Source: Azolla caroliniana (taxonomy: Eukaryota; Plantae; Polypodiophyta). From it: a DNA stretch of 64,000 nucleotides. Location: contig JBHGNT010000016.1 in assembly GCA_043228905.1 (NCBI GenBank), positions 16,678,001 to 16,742,000 of the forward strand. The letters are read 5' to 3'. Shown piece after piece: positions 34,626-46,313 of the stretch (position 1 is the first letter of the stretch; every line of letters starts with the position of its first letter). Both the position numbers and the translations under genes were made by a program. The notes below the pieces were generated by a model. The model was not told where the DNA came from. It made no database searches and was given only the letters and a program-made list of their open reading frames with translations.

Positions 34626-37600
34626 TTAAAGACGACGAGTGGAACGAGTCGGCGCTGATTGCGGACCGGGTTTGTCCGGATACTTTCGATGGAAATCAGC
34701 AAGCAGATCCTGAGCATTGGCAACATGCTCGACGGGTTCCCAAGTGCGTTCGCTCGAACTATAACCAAGCCAATCGAGCAAATAATAAAGTTTGTTGCGA
34801 ATAAGTTTGGAATCGAGGATGGCAGCAACTTCATACTCCGGGCCGACGTCCAACTCCAGCGGGGGCGGCGGTAGTGTAACATGATCGGGAATGGTGTTTG
34901 CTTTATAAGGTTCAAGAAGAGAACAATGGAAAACCGGATGTATCTGAAGCTGTGGAGGGAGATCGAGGCGAAATGTGACATCATTAACCTTACCCGTAAT
35001 ACGAAAAGGAGTGAGTCGTCGATAATCCAACTTGTCACACGGTTGAGTAGTCTTGATGTGACGATGTAAGAGCCATACTCAATCTCCGATGGCAAAAGAG
35101 AGGGGAAGTCGATGACGATCCGCGTAAGTCTTCTATGTTTGTTGAGCATGACGAAGATGAGTCGAGAGATCTGTCTGGATCTTGCGTAGTCTCTCCAAAT
35201 GATCCCCGGCACGAGGATTGGTAGGTAACTCCGGGGTGTCGATCACCGACCAACGAGGATGAGAACCGGTATAAGCGTAGAATGGGAAGACTCGAGTCGA
35301 GGAGTGAACAACATTATTATACGCAAACTCTGTAAAGTGGAGAATCTCGGCCCAATCGTCCTGTTGATAACTCAGGAAACACCTGAGATATTGCTCCAGC
35401 GTTTGGTTTGTTCGTTCCGCCTGCCCATCGGTTTGAGGATGGTACCCGGAGGAGAGGTTGCAAGAGACCTTGAGCATCTTGAAGAGATGCTGCCAAAATT
35501 TGGAGACAAATTGCGGTCCTCGGTCACTGATGATACTGTCTAGGAGGCCATGATGCCGAAATACCTCACGCATGACTAGGGTGGCGGTTTCCTCGCTAGT
35601 GATGGCCTTAGTACACGGAACAAAATGTGCCATCTTCGTATATCGATTGACGACGGTTAAGATAGCATCGAACCCCTGCGAGACCGGCAAATCTGTGATA
35701 AAATCAAGACAAATAGACTGCCACGGCTTACTTGGAATCGGTAAGGGTTCCAACAAACCATATGGATGGTGTCGTGGCATCTTTGCTCGGCAGCAAGCAT
35801 CACAAGTCTGAACGTAGTCGTCGACAAAACGACGCATGTGGGGCCACCAAAAAGATCGCTGCACTAGCTCCAACGTCTTAGTACTACCGAAATGTCTCGC
35901 CGTATAGGTGTCGTGACAATGTTGGACGATTTGAAGGCGGCAGGAGCAATCGGGGACATATACGCGCTTTTTAAAGAATAACAAACCATCATGATATTCG
36001 AATTGTCGGTAGTCAATACCTGGTTGTTAAGACTGAGAACAGGATGCCCGAGAAGTATCAATGTGGGCCAGGATGTCTTGAGCAAAACTATCCGTCTTCA
36101 AGTTTGCACGTATGTCATCAGTAATCCGTGAATCCATCAGGGTGTGAAAAATCTGCGTCGTGTGCAATCGTGTTGGCCCCAAGATTACTTGCTTTTGATT
36201 ATCAAATGTTGGATCACCAGGACGAGGTGCAAGATATGAATGCCGTGATAGTGCATCTGCTTTTCCTTGCTGCTTCCCCGGTCGATATGTGATTTTGAAG
36301 TCGAAATGCGTGAGGAATTGCGCCCACCGAGCTTGCCGTCGACTTAGTACGCGAGTGTTCTGGAAATAAGCAAGATTTTTATGATCACTAAAGACAATGA
36401 CCTGATGTGGAGAGCCCTCTAAGAAATGCCGCCATTGCACAAATGAATCCACGATGGCTAATAACTCCTTGTCATGTATTTCGTAGTTGATTTCCGCGAC
36501 ATCGAATTTGTGCGAATGGAAAGCCACCAGATGCAACTCTTCTTTATCTCCTTGTTGAGAAAGGATGCTACCGAGGGCGAAATTTGAAGCATCGGCCTCC
36601 ATGATGAATGGTTTGCTGGTATCCACATGAGCTAGAATCGGTGCTGATGTAAAGGCTTTCTTAAGATGCCGAAAAGCCTTATCTGCTTCGATGGACCAAA
36701 GAAATGCTTGGCCCTTCTTCGTAAGTTGTGTGAGGGGTAAAATAATCTTTGAATAATCCTGTATAAACTTACGGTAGAAGTTAGCAAAACCTAGAAAACA
36801 TTGTACATCTCGTACCGACCGTGGAATTTGCCACTCTAGTACAGTTTGAACTTTAGCTGGATCCATGGCGATGCCCTTTGAGGAGATGACGTAGCCTAGA
36901 AATTCCACTTGCTTGCAGTCAAAGCTACATTTTTCTAGCTTGGCATAAAGACCATTCTCGCGGAGCCACTTTAGTACTAATAGTACATGAGAATCGTGCT
37001 CTTGCTGGGTCTTCGAATAAATCAATAGATCATCCAGATAGATGATCAAATAGATATCCAAGAGGTCTCTGAATATATCATTTGCCATGTGTTGGAAGAC
37101 TGCGGGTGCATTGGTTAAGCCAAACGGCATAACAATATACTCGAAATGCCCATACCGCGTGCGAAAGGCGGTCTTCCATTCATCTCCCGGTCGGATCCGC
37201 ACGAGGTTATACGCTCCTCGTAGATCGATTTTGGTAAAAAACTTGGCACCATTAACTCGCTCTAAAAGACTTGGTATAAGAGGAAGTGCATACCTATTCC
37301 GGATGGTGACCTTATTCAATCCGTGGTAATCAACGACGAGACGAAGTGAGCCATCTTTCTTCTTGACAAAGAAGATGGGTGCACCGGCCAGAGATTTCGA
37401 ATGACGGATGAACCCGCTTGCCAAGGTCTCCTCTATGTAGGCTTGAAGGACTTCTAACTCGGTGGGTGACAAGTTGTAAATTGGTCCCCATGGTGGCTCG
37501 GTTCCTGGTTGTAAATTGATGGGACAGTCATAGGGACGGTGATGAGGAAGGGTACCGGCTTTTACCTTGTCAAATACATCGGCATAAGGATGATATTTTG

Positions 37601-38198
37601 CCGGAAGTTGTACTGAGGAGTCCTTCTTAATAGTGTTGGAAGGATGTACTGATATTGCAAATAGGAACATTGCCTCCTTGTGTCCTTCTTCGCGTAATTG
37701 ATGGAGTGAAATGGTCGAAACTCGGTGAGTAGATTCTTGGGGTGGTCGATATCGGACTTCTCTTGTTCTCCAATCTATGGCTAGATTATGTAATTCAAAC
37801 CAAGGTAATCCTAGGACAATGGGATGCTCTGGACTACTACTTATATTAAATGATATTACACACACAAAACTACCTAGGACAACTTGAATGGGTTCTGATT
37901 CTTCTACAATATTCCCGGAAGCAATGGGACGACCATCAATGACTACTACAGATGCGGGACAAGGAAGTTTTCTTAGGGATATCTGAGAAGCTTGGGCAAA
38001 ATTTCGATCCATGAAACAGGAATTAGCTCCGGAATGTAAAAGTGCTAGGACGGGTACTGGGAGAGTACTTTTAGTACTAACAATGACTTGGGCTAGGAAC
38101 ACATTGCTAACTTGCTTGGAAGGAATGGAATCACTAATGGGCTGTACAGATCTAGGGCTGCTGTCCAACCAAACGGCTCCTATTTTGGATGGACTCAA
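34626..38198 (-). pseudogene. pol: Chromovirus A pol (PR-RT-RNaseH-IN-chromodomain) with stops and a PR active-site D>H change
   Basis: ORFs 36027..38198, 35133..35984 and 34626..35030; LLHSGANSCF here versus LLDSGANSCF in B. Confidence 0.92.
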
Positions 38199-39481
38199 TT
38201 GTTTAACTCTTCATCTAATTGACTAAGGATTTCAAATTTGTTTGAGATACTTGGGCTATTAGTACTATGAATACTATCTGACACTCTATTAGTACTATTA
38301 ATACTATCTGACACTCCGAAGGGAAGAATTGACTCGGGTTTAGTACAGGCAACGATTTGATTTACCTGTCTTCTTGGCCTATGGGGACAATTGATGGCGA
38401 TATGCCCTGGTCCACCGCAATAAAGACATAATCGATTGGCACGTCGTCGTTGCTTTTCTTCTTCCGATAACGGGCCGCGTCGACGCATGGTATCTTTCTC
38501 CATCGGTGTCGAAGTATTTGCTTGAGGTATGTCTCGTGCAAACGGTTTAGCCGCGACTGCGGCGTAAGTGGGCTTTGGCCTAGAGCGTGGTATCTGTAAT
38601 TGACGTTCCGAACGCCGTTCGAAAAGGCGGTTGTCACATCGGACCGCTCAACCGATTGCCTCCGTAAGAGACTTTGGTTCTTCGGGGAAAGTTAGAAGTA
38701 GATCTTTGACATCGTTTCGCAGGCCATAACAAAACTGCTCCATTAGTGCTTGATCATCCCAGGGTATATCTGAAGCGAGTAGGCGGAAATCCGCAGCATA
38801 GGCAGAGGCTGGACGATCGCCTTGACGCAATCGCCGGATCTTGTTGATCGCCGTCCTGATGTTGTCGGTGTCTCGAAAGCAGGCTTTAAACTCACTAATA
38901 AAATCTTCAAAGCTATTAAGCAAGGGCGATTGTTTTTCTAGAAGCGGAGCGAACCATGCTAAGGCTGAGCCGCTAAGCAACGTGCCAATTAAGCCGACTC
39001 GGGATGCATTAGTGGGATATCGGGAAGGATGCATTTGGAGGATTAATCGTACCTTATTAAGGAATCCCCTGAATTGCGATCGCGTTCCATCAAATTTCAC
39101 AGGAAGTCCAATCTTCGGCTCTTTATGAAATCCTTGGGGACTTGATCCTTGTTGTTGCAATGCTGCTTCGAGTTGTTGCACTCCTAATGCTAACTGTCGT
39201 GACTCTTGAGTAGGAAGCAGAGAGAGAGCGATGGCGATAGAGATAACGATAACGATAGAGATGGCGAGAGCGGTAGAGATAGCGATAGTGATAGCAAAAG
39301 AGAGTGAAAAAGGGAGAGAGTGCGAGAGAGAGAAAAGTATAAGTGAGAGATAAGAAATGGGAATGAGATTATATTATGAGAAAGAAGATTACAAGGAGTA
39401 GGCTAAGGGCTAAAGATTGGTGTTGAACCGAATGAGTTGTGATGAGTGTATGGACTCTTATTTATAGGCCCTTATGGAGTA

Positions 39482-39582
39482 TTCTAGAATGTTCTAGAAT
39501 ATTTTAGATATTTATGAATAATAATAATAATAAATATAATCATGAAATATTCAAGAACATTCTAGAATAATCTAGAATGTTC
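39482..39582. promoter_or_regulatory. Two heat-shock element clusters in LTR B (second copy ~44867-44967)
   Basis: TTCtaGAAtgTTCtaGAA and TTCaaGAAcaTTCtaGAAtaATCtaGAAtgTTC. Confidence 0.8.
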
Positions 39583-39637
39583 TAAATATCTCGTAATAAC
39601 TAAACATATCATTATTATGATTACATCTCACATATGT

Positions 39638-39700
39638 TATTACAATGGTTAAAGTACAATATGTAAACCAAGAGGTTATGGGTTCGATTCCTGGTTCGCC
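39638..39700 (+). promoter_or_regulatory. tRNA-like Pol III A/B-box cassette in LTR B (second copy 45023-45085)
   Basis: A-box TATTACAATGG and a perfect B-box GGTTCGATTCC, starts 43 nt apart. Confidence 0.7.
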
Positions 39701-39735
39701 AAGATGAATGTCATGATAAGCCAAGATGTATGTCT

Positions 39736-42700
39736 TCATGAAATTATCCCCCCTTTTCGATGACGAGTTGCACGAGTCGGAAGAAAAGAGTTCAAACTTG
39801 GTTTATGAGGATATTGGTTGTGAAATGCAACAACCATGTCGGAGGCATTGGCAAGATGTTCGGCAGGCTCCCATGTTCGATCATTAGGTGTATAGCCTAA
39901 CCAATCAACCAAGTAGTATAGTTTGTTGCGAATGATCTTGGAGTCGAGGATAGCGGCAACCTCATATTCAGAGCCATTGGAAACGTCAATTGGAGGTGGG
40001 GGAGGTGTAACACGACCCGGAATAGAGCTCGTTGTGTAGGGCTCCAAAAGTGAAACATGGAAGACCGGGTGAAGACGCATATGAGGAGGAAGATCAAGAC
40101 GAAATGTCACATCATTGATCTTACCACTTATGACATATGGGCCAAAACGTTGATAATCCAATTTGTAGCAAGGTCGGGTCGTTTTAATGCTACCTTGTAA
40201 GAGCCATACACGATCGCCTACTTGAAATGTAGTCGATGAATCACGCCGATGACGGTCAGCAATCTTTTTTTGAGTGTTTTGGGCTTCACATAAATGATGC
40301 AAAAGCATATCCTGAACTTCTTGGAGTCGAGTGAGCCGATCTTCAGCAGCTGGGTTTTTTGGGAGTTCAGGATGTTCAAGCATCGTCCAACGAGGATGGT
40401 ACCCAATGTTTGCAAAAAATGGGGAATATCCAGTAGAAGAATGCTCGGAGTTGTTATAAGCAAATTCTGCCAAAGGTAGTAAATCCACCCAATCATCTTG
40501 TTGATAGTGGACAAAACAACGTAGATATTGCTCGACTGTTTGGTTGGTGCGCTCACTCTGCCCATTAGTCTCTGGATGGTAACCGGAAGAGAGTTTACAA
40601 GAAGTATGTAAGAGTTTGAACATGTGCCGCCAAAATTTCGAGATGAATTGGGGACCCCGATCACTGATAATATCATCCGGAAGACCATGATGGCGAAACA
40701 CCTCCCGCATGAGTAAATCAGCTGTCTCTTGACTAGTAATGGTCTTTGTGCATGGAAGGAAATGTGCCATCTTCGTAAAACGATCGACAACCGTGAGAAT
40801 CGAATCAAATCCCTTGGAAGGTGGAAGATCCGTAATAAAGTCCAAGGAAATAGATTTCCATGGGCTCTCCGGAATAGGCATTGGCTGTAATAAGCCATAT
40901 GGATGATGTCGAGGCTTTTTTGATCGGCAACATGTATCACAGCTACGAACATAATCCGTAACAAAATGGCGAAGCCGTGGCCACCAATATCGGCGAGAAA
41001 TCAACTCAAAAGTCTTGTGGATGCCGAAGTGTCCCGCCATTGGTGTGTCATGACATTGTTGCATGACTTTGAGTCGAGAAGGACCGTCAGGCACATACAA
41101 GAGAGTTTGTCGAAAAAGTAACCCATCATGCCAACTAAACTGGGTGTAGTCTAGACGAGGATTTTGAGTTTGGGAGCTAGATGCACGATTTGGGATAATA
41201 TGGCTCAAAACCTCTTGGGCGAACGCATCAATCGCAATCTGCTCACGAATGGAATCAAGAAGCCTTGAATCTCCCGGTGTGTTGATGGTATGCATTGCCA
41301 TTATTCGTAGACGATCAGGACCTAAGAGGATTTGCTTTTGGCTTTCAAATGCGGCCTCTCCAGGTTGAAGTTCCATATACGAACGTCTAGATAAAGCATC
41401 TGCTTTTCCTTGTTGCATCCCAGGGCGATATAGAATTACAAAATCGAAACGAGTTAAGAACTGCGCCCAACGAGCTTGTCGTCGATTCAAGACTCGAGCA
41501 CTTTGAAAGTATGTTAGATTTTTATGATCATTGTAGACAATAATCTGCTGAGAAGAACCCTCCAGAAAATGACGCCATTGTTGAAAAGAATCCACAATGG
41601 CAAGAAGCTCTTTGTCGTGAATCTCATAGTTGATTTCTGCGGCTTCAAATTTTCGTGAGTGAAAAGCCACCGGGTGCAGTTCACCATCATCACCAATTGG
41701 GATAGTACACTTCCGAGTGCGAAATCCGATGCATCAGCTTCAAGTATAAAGCGCCTCATTGGATCGACATGGATTAAGATTGGTGTGGATGTAAATGCTT
41801 GCTTTAAACCCTCAAATGCAGAGTTCGCATCTATACTCCATACAAATGGTCGATTCTTGTGCGTCAGTTGAGTGAGGGGCAACACAATTTTTGAATAATC
41901 TTTGATGAACTTGCGATAAAAGTTTGCGAACCCCAAAAAACATTGCACATCTCGCACGGACTGTGGTGTTTGCCAATCCAAAATTGTTTGAACCTTTGAT
42001 GGATCCATAGAGATGCCATTTGAAGAGACTATGTACCCCAAAAACTCCACTTGACATTGGTCGAAACTACACTTCTCCAATTTTGCATAGAGACCATACT
42101 CTCGTAGCCGTTGCAAAACTTGGCGAACATGTATATCATGTTCTTCTTGAGTTTTTGAGTAGATCAAGATATCATCCAGGTAAACAATGATGAAGATATC
42201 GAGGAAGTCTCGAAAAATATCATTCGCCATATGTTGGAAGACTGCTGGTGCATTCGTGAGGCCAAAAGGCATCACTGTGTACTCAAAATGACCATAGCGA
42301 GTGCGGAACGCCGTCTTCCATTCATCCCCAGGACGAATTCGAACAAGGTTGTAGGCACCTCGAAGATCTAACTTCGTGAAATACTTTGCTTCACTGAGGC
42401 GTTCTAGAAGGCTTGAGATCAATGGGAGAGCATATCGGTTTCTAACGGTCACTTTATTCAAGCCTCGATAATCCACGACCATACGAAGCGTACCATCTTT
42501 CTTCTTAACGAAAAAGATGGGTGCACCAGCAGGAGATTTTGAATGTTGGATAAAACCATTTGCCAAGTTCTCATTGATATATTCTCGAAGAACCTCTAAC
42601 TCCGTGGGCGAAAGATTATAAATTGGTCCCCATGGAGGCTCTTTTCCTGGCTGCAAATCAATTGGGCAATCATATGGTCGATGCTCTGGTAGTCTATTAG

Positions 42701-43370
42701 CCTTCACCTTATCGAACACATCGGAGAATTCTATGTACTTCTTTGGTAGTTGGACCCCCAATTCTTGTGAGCTAGATGAGGGAGTTGCTAAAACCGCAAA
42801 TACCATCATGTCTTCCTTTCTTCCATCCTCTCGTAATTGATGTATAGAGATTGTTGAAATTGTGGGGGATCCTAGATCCTTAGTTGGAGCTTCAAGAGAC
42901 TTGGATTGTACGGTGACCTCTTCAATAGTTCTTTTTCTCCAATCAATGGTTGGGTTATGTAACTCAAACCAAGGAAGACCAAGAACTAGAGAGTGCTCCG
43001 GACTACTAATGATGTTAAATGAGATGACACTAGCCAAATTACCTAGGACTACACGAATTGGTTCAGACTCTTCGACTATATCTCCTGATGCTATAGGGCG
43101 ACCATCGATGACTCCTACAGCTACTGGGTTTGGGAGTTTTTTCTAGATGATGTTTTGAGTCAATGCAAACTCGCGATCCATGAAACAAGAATTGGCTCCG
43201 GAATCTAGGAGGGCAGAGGCTAGGGCGCGATGACCTGTAGATGTGCTAAGCTCGACTTGTGCAGAAAAAACTCTACTAACTTGATTTGATGAAATGGAAC
43301 CACAACTAGGTACTGACTCTACATAACTAGGATGGTCCAACCAAATGACTCCTATTTTGGCCGGACTTAT
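39736..43370 (-). pseudogene. pol: Chromovirus B pol with one stop (43143) and one frameshift (~41700)
   Basis: LLDSGANS; YLDD; EADASD; HHCC CHD..GH..CDTC; SLDF, SDRG and QSE; RFGPY; type I chromodomain. Confidence 0.93.
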
Positions 43371-44494
43371 TCGTTTAACACATCCTCTAATTGGCTCAAG
43401 ACATCAAATCTATTCTCATGGCATGGGCTATTAGGCTTAGTACTTAAGTTATTAGAAGTGATAGTAGAACTTGATGTAGGGTTGTCATGTGCACTTACTT
43501 GGTAAACTTGACGCCTGGGTTTATGTGGACAATTCACAGCTATATGTCCTGGACCACCACAGTAGAGGCATAGGCGATGCGCCCGACGTCGTTGTTTCTC
43601 AGCATCTAATAAGGGCCCTCGACGTTGTGTCGACTCTATTTCCATCGGAGTGGGACCATCCCTCGTAACGGGTCTAGAACCTTGTGGCGGTGTGGCGACT
43701 ATAGAAGCGTATGTCTGTTCCGGTTGGCGGCGTAACATTTGTTGACGTTCAGAACGTCGCTCAAATAGGCGATTATCACATCGCACAGCTCGGCTAATAG
43801 CTTCAGTAAGAGACTTTGGATCTTCATGGAAAGTAAGAAGAAGATCTTTGACATCGTTACGCAAACCCTGACGGAATTGATCCATTAAGGCTGCCTCATC
43901 CCAAGGGATGTCGCATGCCAAGAGACGGAAATCTGCGGCATAAGCTGAAGCGGGACGATCTCCTTGTCGGAGTCTTCGAATCTTGTTTATTGCAGTCCTA
44001 GTGCTATCCGTATCTCCAAAACTAGCTTGAAACTCCTTAACGAATGCCTCGAAATCCTCCAGTAATGGTGATTTCTTCTCAAGAAGTGGTGCAAACCTTG
44101 CTAACGCTGTACCGCTTAGCAAGGTTCCTATTAATCCCACACGGGCAGCATCAGTTGGATACCGATTGGGATGTAACTGAATCACCAAACGAACTTGATT
44201 CAGGAAACCTCGAAAGAGAGATCTGGTACCATCAAACTTGGCAGGGAGGCTAATCTTTGGTTCCCTTGGGGAGTTTTGAACCCCCGCCGCTTGTTCTCGT
44301 AATGTTAATATAGTAGCCTCAAGTTGATGAACCCGTTGTGATAACTCCTCATATTGATGAGCTTTCTCAGTACTGACTTGTTGAAGATCCCCGAGTAGCC
44401 TTTGATTTTCTTGCTCTAATGCCACAAACTTAGTGGTGAGCATATCGAGCTCCGAAAGGACACACATATACTCTTGCTTGCTGACCGACTCCAT
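43367..44494 (-). CDS. gag: Chromovirus B gag (coiled coil, capsid, CCHC)
   Basis: Intact 375 aa; PAKFDG, LRQG..ASAYAADF, GPTPMEI and [14 protein letters not shown] (sushi/PEG10-like gag). Confidence 0.93.
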   Translation of the reverse strand: MESVSKQEYMCVLSELDMLTTKFVALEQENQRLLGDLQQVSTEKAHQYEELSQRVHQLEATILTLREQAAGVQNSPREPKISLPAKFDGTRSLFRGFLNQVRLVIQLHPNRYPTDAARVGLIGTLLSGTALARFAPLLEKKSPLLEDFEAFVKEFQASFGDTDSTRTAINKIRRLRQGDRPASAYAADFRLLACDIPWDEAALMDQFRQGLRNDVKDLLLTFHEDPKSLTEAISRAVRCDNRLFERRSERQQMLRRQPEQTYASIVATPPQGSRPVTRDGPTPMEIESTQRRGPLLDAEKQRRRAHRLCLYCGGPGHIAVNCPHKPRRQVYQVSAHDNPTSSSTITSNNLSTKPNSPCHENRFDVLSQLEDVLNE

Positions 44495-44566
44495 AACCGC
44501 GGGGGAAAAAGAAAGAAGGATAAAGAAGAAAGCTTGCTAGGGTTATTGGAGAAAGGGAAAAGAAAT

Positions 44567-44577
44567 ATTCGGTTCAA
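44567..44577 (-). promoter_or_regulatory. Self-priming PBS of B (TTGAACCGAAT), complementary to the predicted transcript 5' end at 44818-44808
   Basis: No TGG-type tRNA PBS. The exact 11-nt complement lies 25 nt downstream of TATAAATA (44851-44844). Confidence 0.85.
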
Positions 44578-45351
44578 ACTGTCGTGACTCTTGAGTAGGA
44601 AGCAGAGAGAGAGCGATGGCGATAGAGATAACGATAACGATAGAGATGGCGAGAGCGGTAGAGATAGCGATAGTGATAGCAAAAGAGAGTGAAAAAGGGA
44701 GAGAGTGCGAGAGAGAGAAAAGTATAAGTGAGAGATAAGAAATGGGAATGAGATTATATTATGAGAAAGAAGATTACAAGGAGTAGGCTAAGGGCTAAAG
44801 ACTGGTGTTGAACCGAATGAGTTGTGATGAGTGTATGGACTCTTATTTATAGGCCCTTATGGAGTATTCTAGAATGTTCTAGAATATTTTAGATATTTAT
44901 GAATAATAATAATAATAAATATAATCATGAAATATTCAAGAACATTCTAGAATAATCTAGAATGTTCTAAATATCTCGTAATAACTAAACATATCATTAT
45001 TATGATTACATCTCACATATGTTATTACAATGGTTAAAGTACAATATGTAAACCAAGAGGTTATGGGTTCGATTCCTGGTTCGCCAAGATGAATGTCATG
45101 ATAAGCCAAGATGTATGTCTTCATGACACTAACTCCCCATGTTGTTGCTGCGTTTGTTGTTTTTCTAGAGCGATATGTTGCAGATCCCCTATCAGTCGTT
45201 GGTTTTCTTGTTCCAAGGCAACAAATTTTTCTTTTAAGCACTATAGCTCGGAGAAAACGGATTGATATTCTTGGGCGCTAACAGTAGCCATAGTATAGGA
45301 AAAAGGGTAGGAGGATGAGGGAGAACGACAAGTAGGTTGGAGGACCGGCAA

Positions 45352-45362
45352 AATTGGTTCAA
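45352..45362 (-). promoter_or_regulatory. Self-priming PBS of A (TTGAACCAATT), complementary to 45581-45571
   Basis: Same geometry as B, about 27 nt downstream of TATAAAA (45615-45609). Confidence 0.85.
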
Positions 45363-46313
45363 ACTGTCAGGAATAGTACTAAAGCAGAGATGGAATTAGT
45401 ACTAAAGAAGAGCAATACTATTAGTACTAAGAGGACGGGACTGCGTAAGACTCGAGAGAGAGAGAGAGAAAGAGAGATAGCGAGAATGAGAGAGAGAGAA
45501 GGATGATGACAGCAACTCTTATATTATATGAAAGATAAGTACAAATCGGCTAAGAGGCTTAAGACTGGTGTTGAACCAATTTGGTTCAACATAATGCCTA
45601 GTGCCTTCTTTTATAGTGTTGTCAGGAGTAATCCTGAAACTTCTAGAATGTTCCAGAGAAATCTGGAATATACATTACTTTCTTATAATAAAACATAAAT
45701 GAAAATAATATCCTATGAATTACAATAGATAGTGTGATGGTTAAGAGCTCAACCCATATACCATAAGGTTATGGGTTCGAGTCTTGCCATATCATGACAG
45801 CTACCGTAGCTATTTCTTTGCAGCTTCAGATAGCGTTTGGCAGTCCATTTCTGCGTCGAGGTCGGAGAGCGTTGGCGAGGTTTGGTGGTGGGGAGAGTGC
45901 GAGAGAGAAAGTTCTGAGGGAGGGGGGGTTCACTGTGTGCGAGCTCTCTACGATTGATCTTCACGCGTCACTCTGCGTCTGTTCTCCTTGGTTCGCGATA
46001 GGAGAAGGTCTCGATGCGTGGGGCTTTTTCTCTCTGCATCTTGGCGCCTTTTTCGAGCCTCCGCATGTGCAAGTCGTGTACTATAATAGCATTGCGTGCC
46101 ATGTGGGGGTGGTTTAATGTCCTATTCATAGCCCCTCGTACCCTTTTCGACGTGCCTCTTTACTCCTCGTGTGCATGGTCGTTTCCACCACTCCTTTTCA
46201 TGATTTATTTGTGACGGTTTGCCGTCGTTAAGCTTTCCCCGGTTGCCAACTCGTGCTCCCCCTTACCGGCTTGGTGGTAGCCGTTTTCCTCACGGGTTGC
46301 CGTCGTGGTTGGC

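Larger units (their letters stand above)
39195..45128 (-). mobile_element. Tcn1-like chromovirus B, full length and young, inserted in the gag of A
   Basis: 549-bp LTRs 39195-39743 and 44580-45128, with two differences seen. Perfect TSD CTAAC at 39190-39194 and 45129-45133. PPT GAAAAGGGGGGATAA. Confidence 0.97.
34168..45799 (-). mobile_element. Tcn1-like chromovirus A (Ty3/Gypsy), degenerate, split by element B
   Basis: LTRs 34168-34614 and 45365-45799. PPT AAGGGGGAGATAG. TSD GCTGT/GCTAC, both derivable from GCTGC, which restores the host frame. gag ATG at 45291; RT YLDD; chromodomain YEVAAILDS..YLLDWLGY..TWEP. Confidence 0.95.

Noticed and set aside
44416-44682. SLSLSL ORF and similar short ORFs in GA/CT tracts
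   Set aside because: These are low-complexity LTR microsatellite translations.
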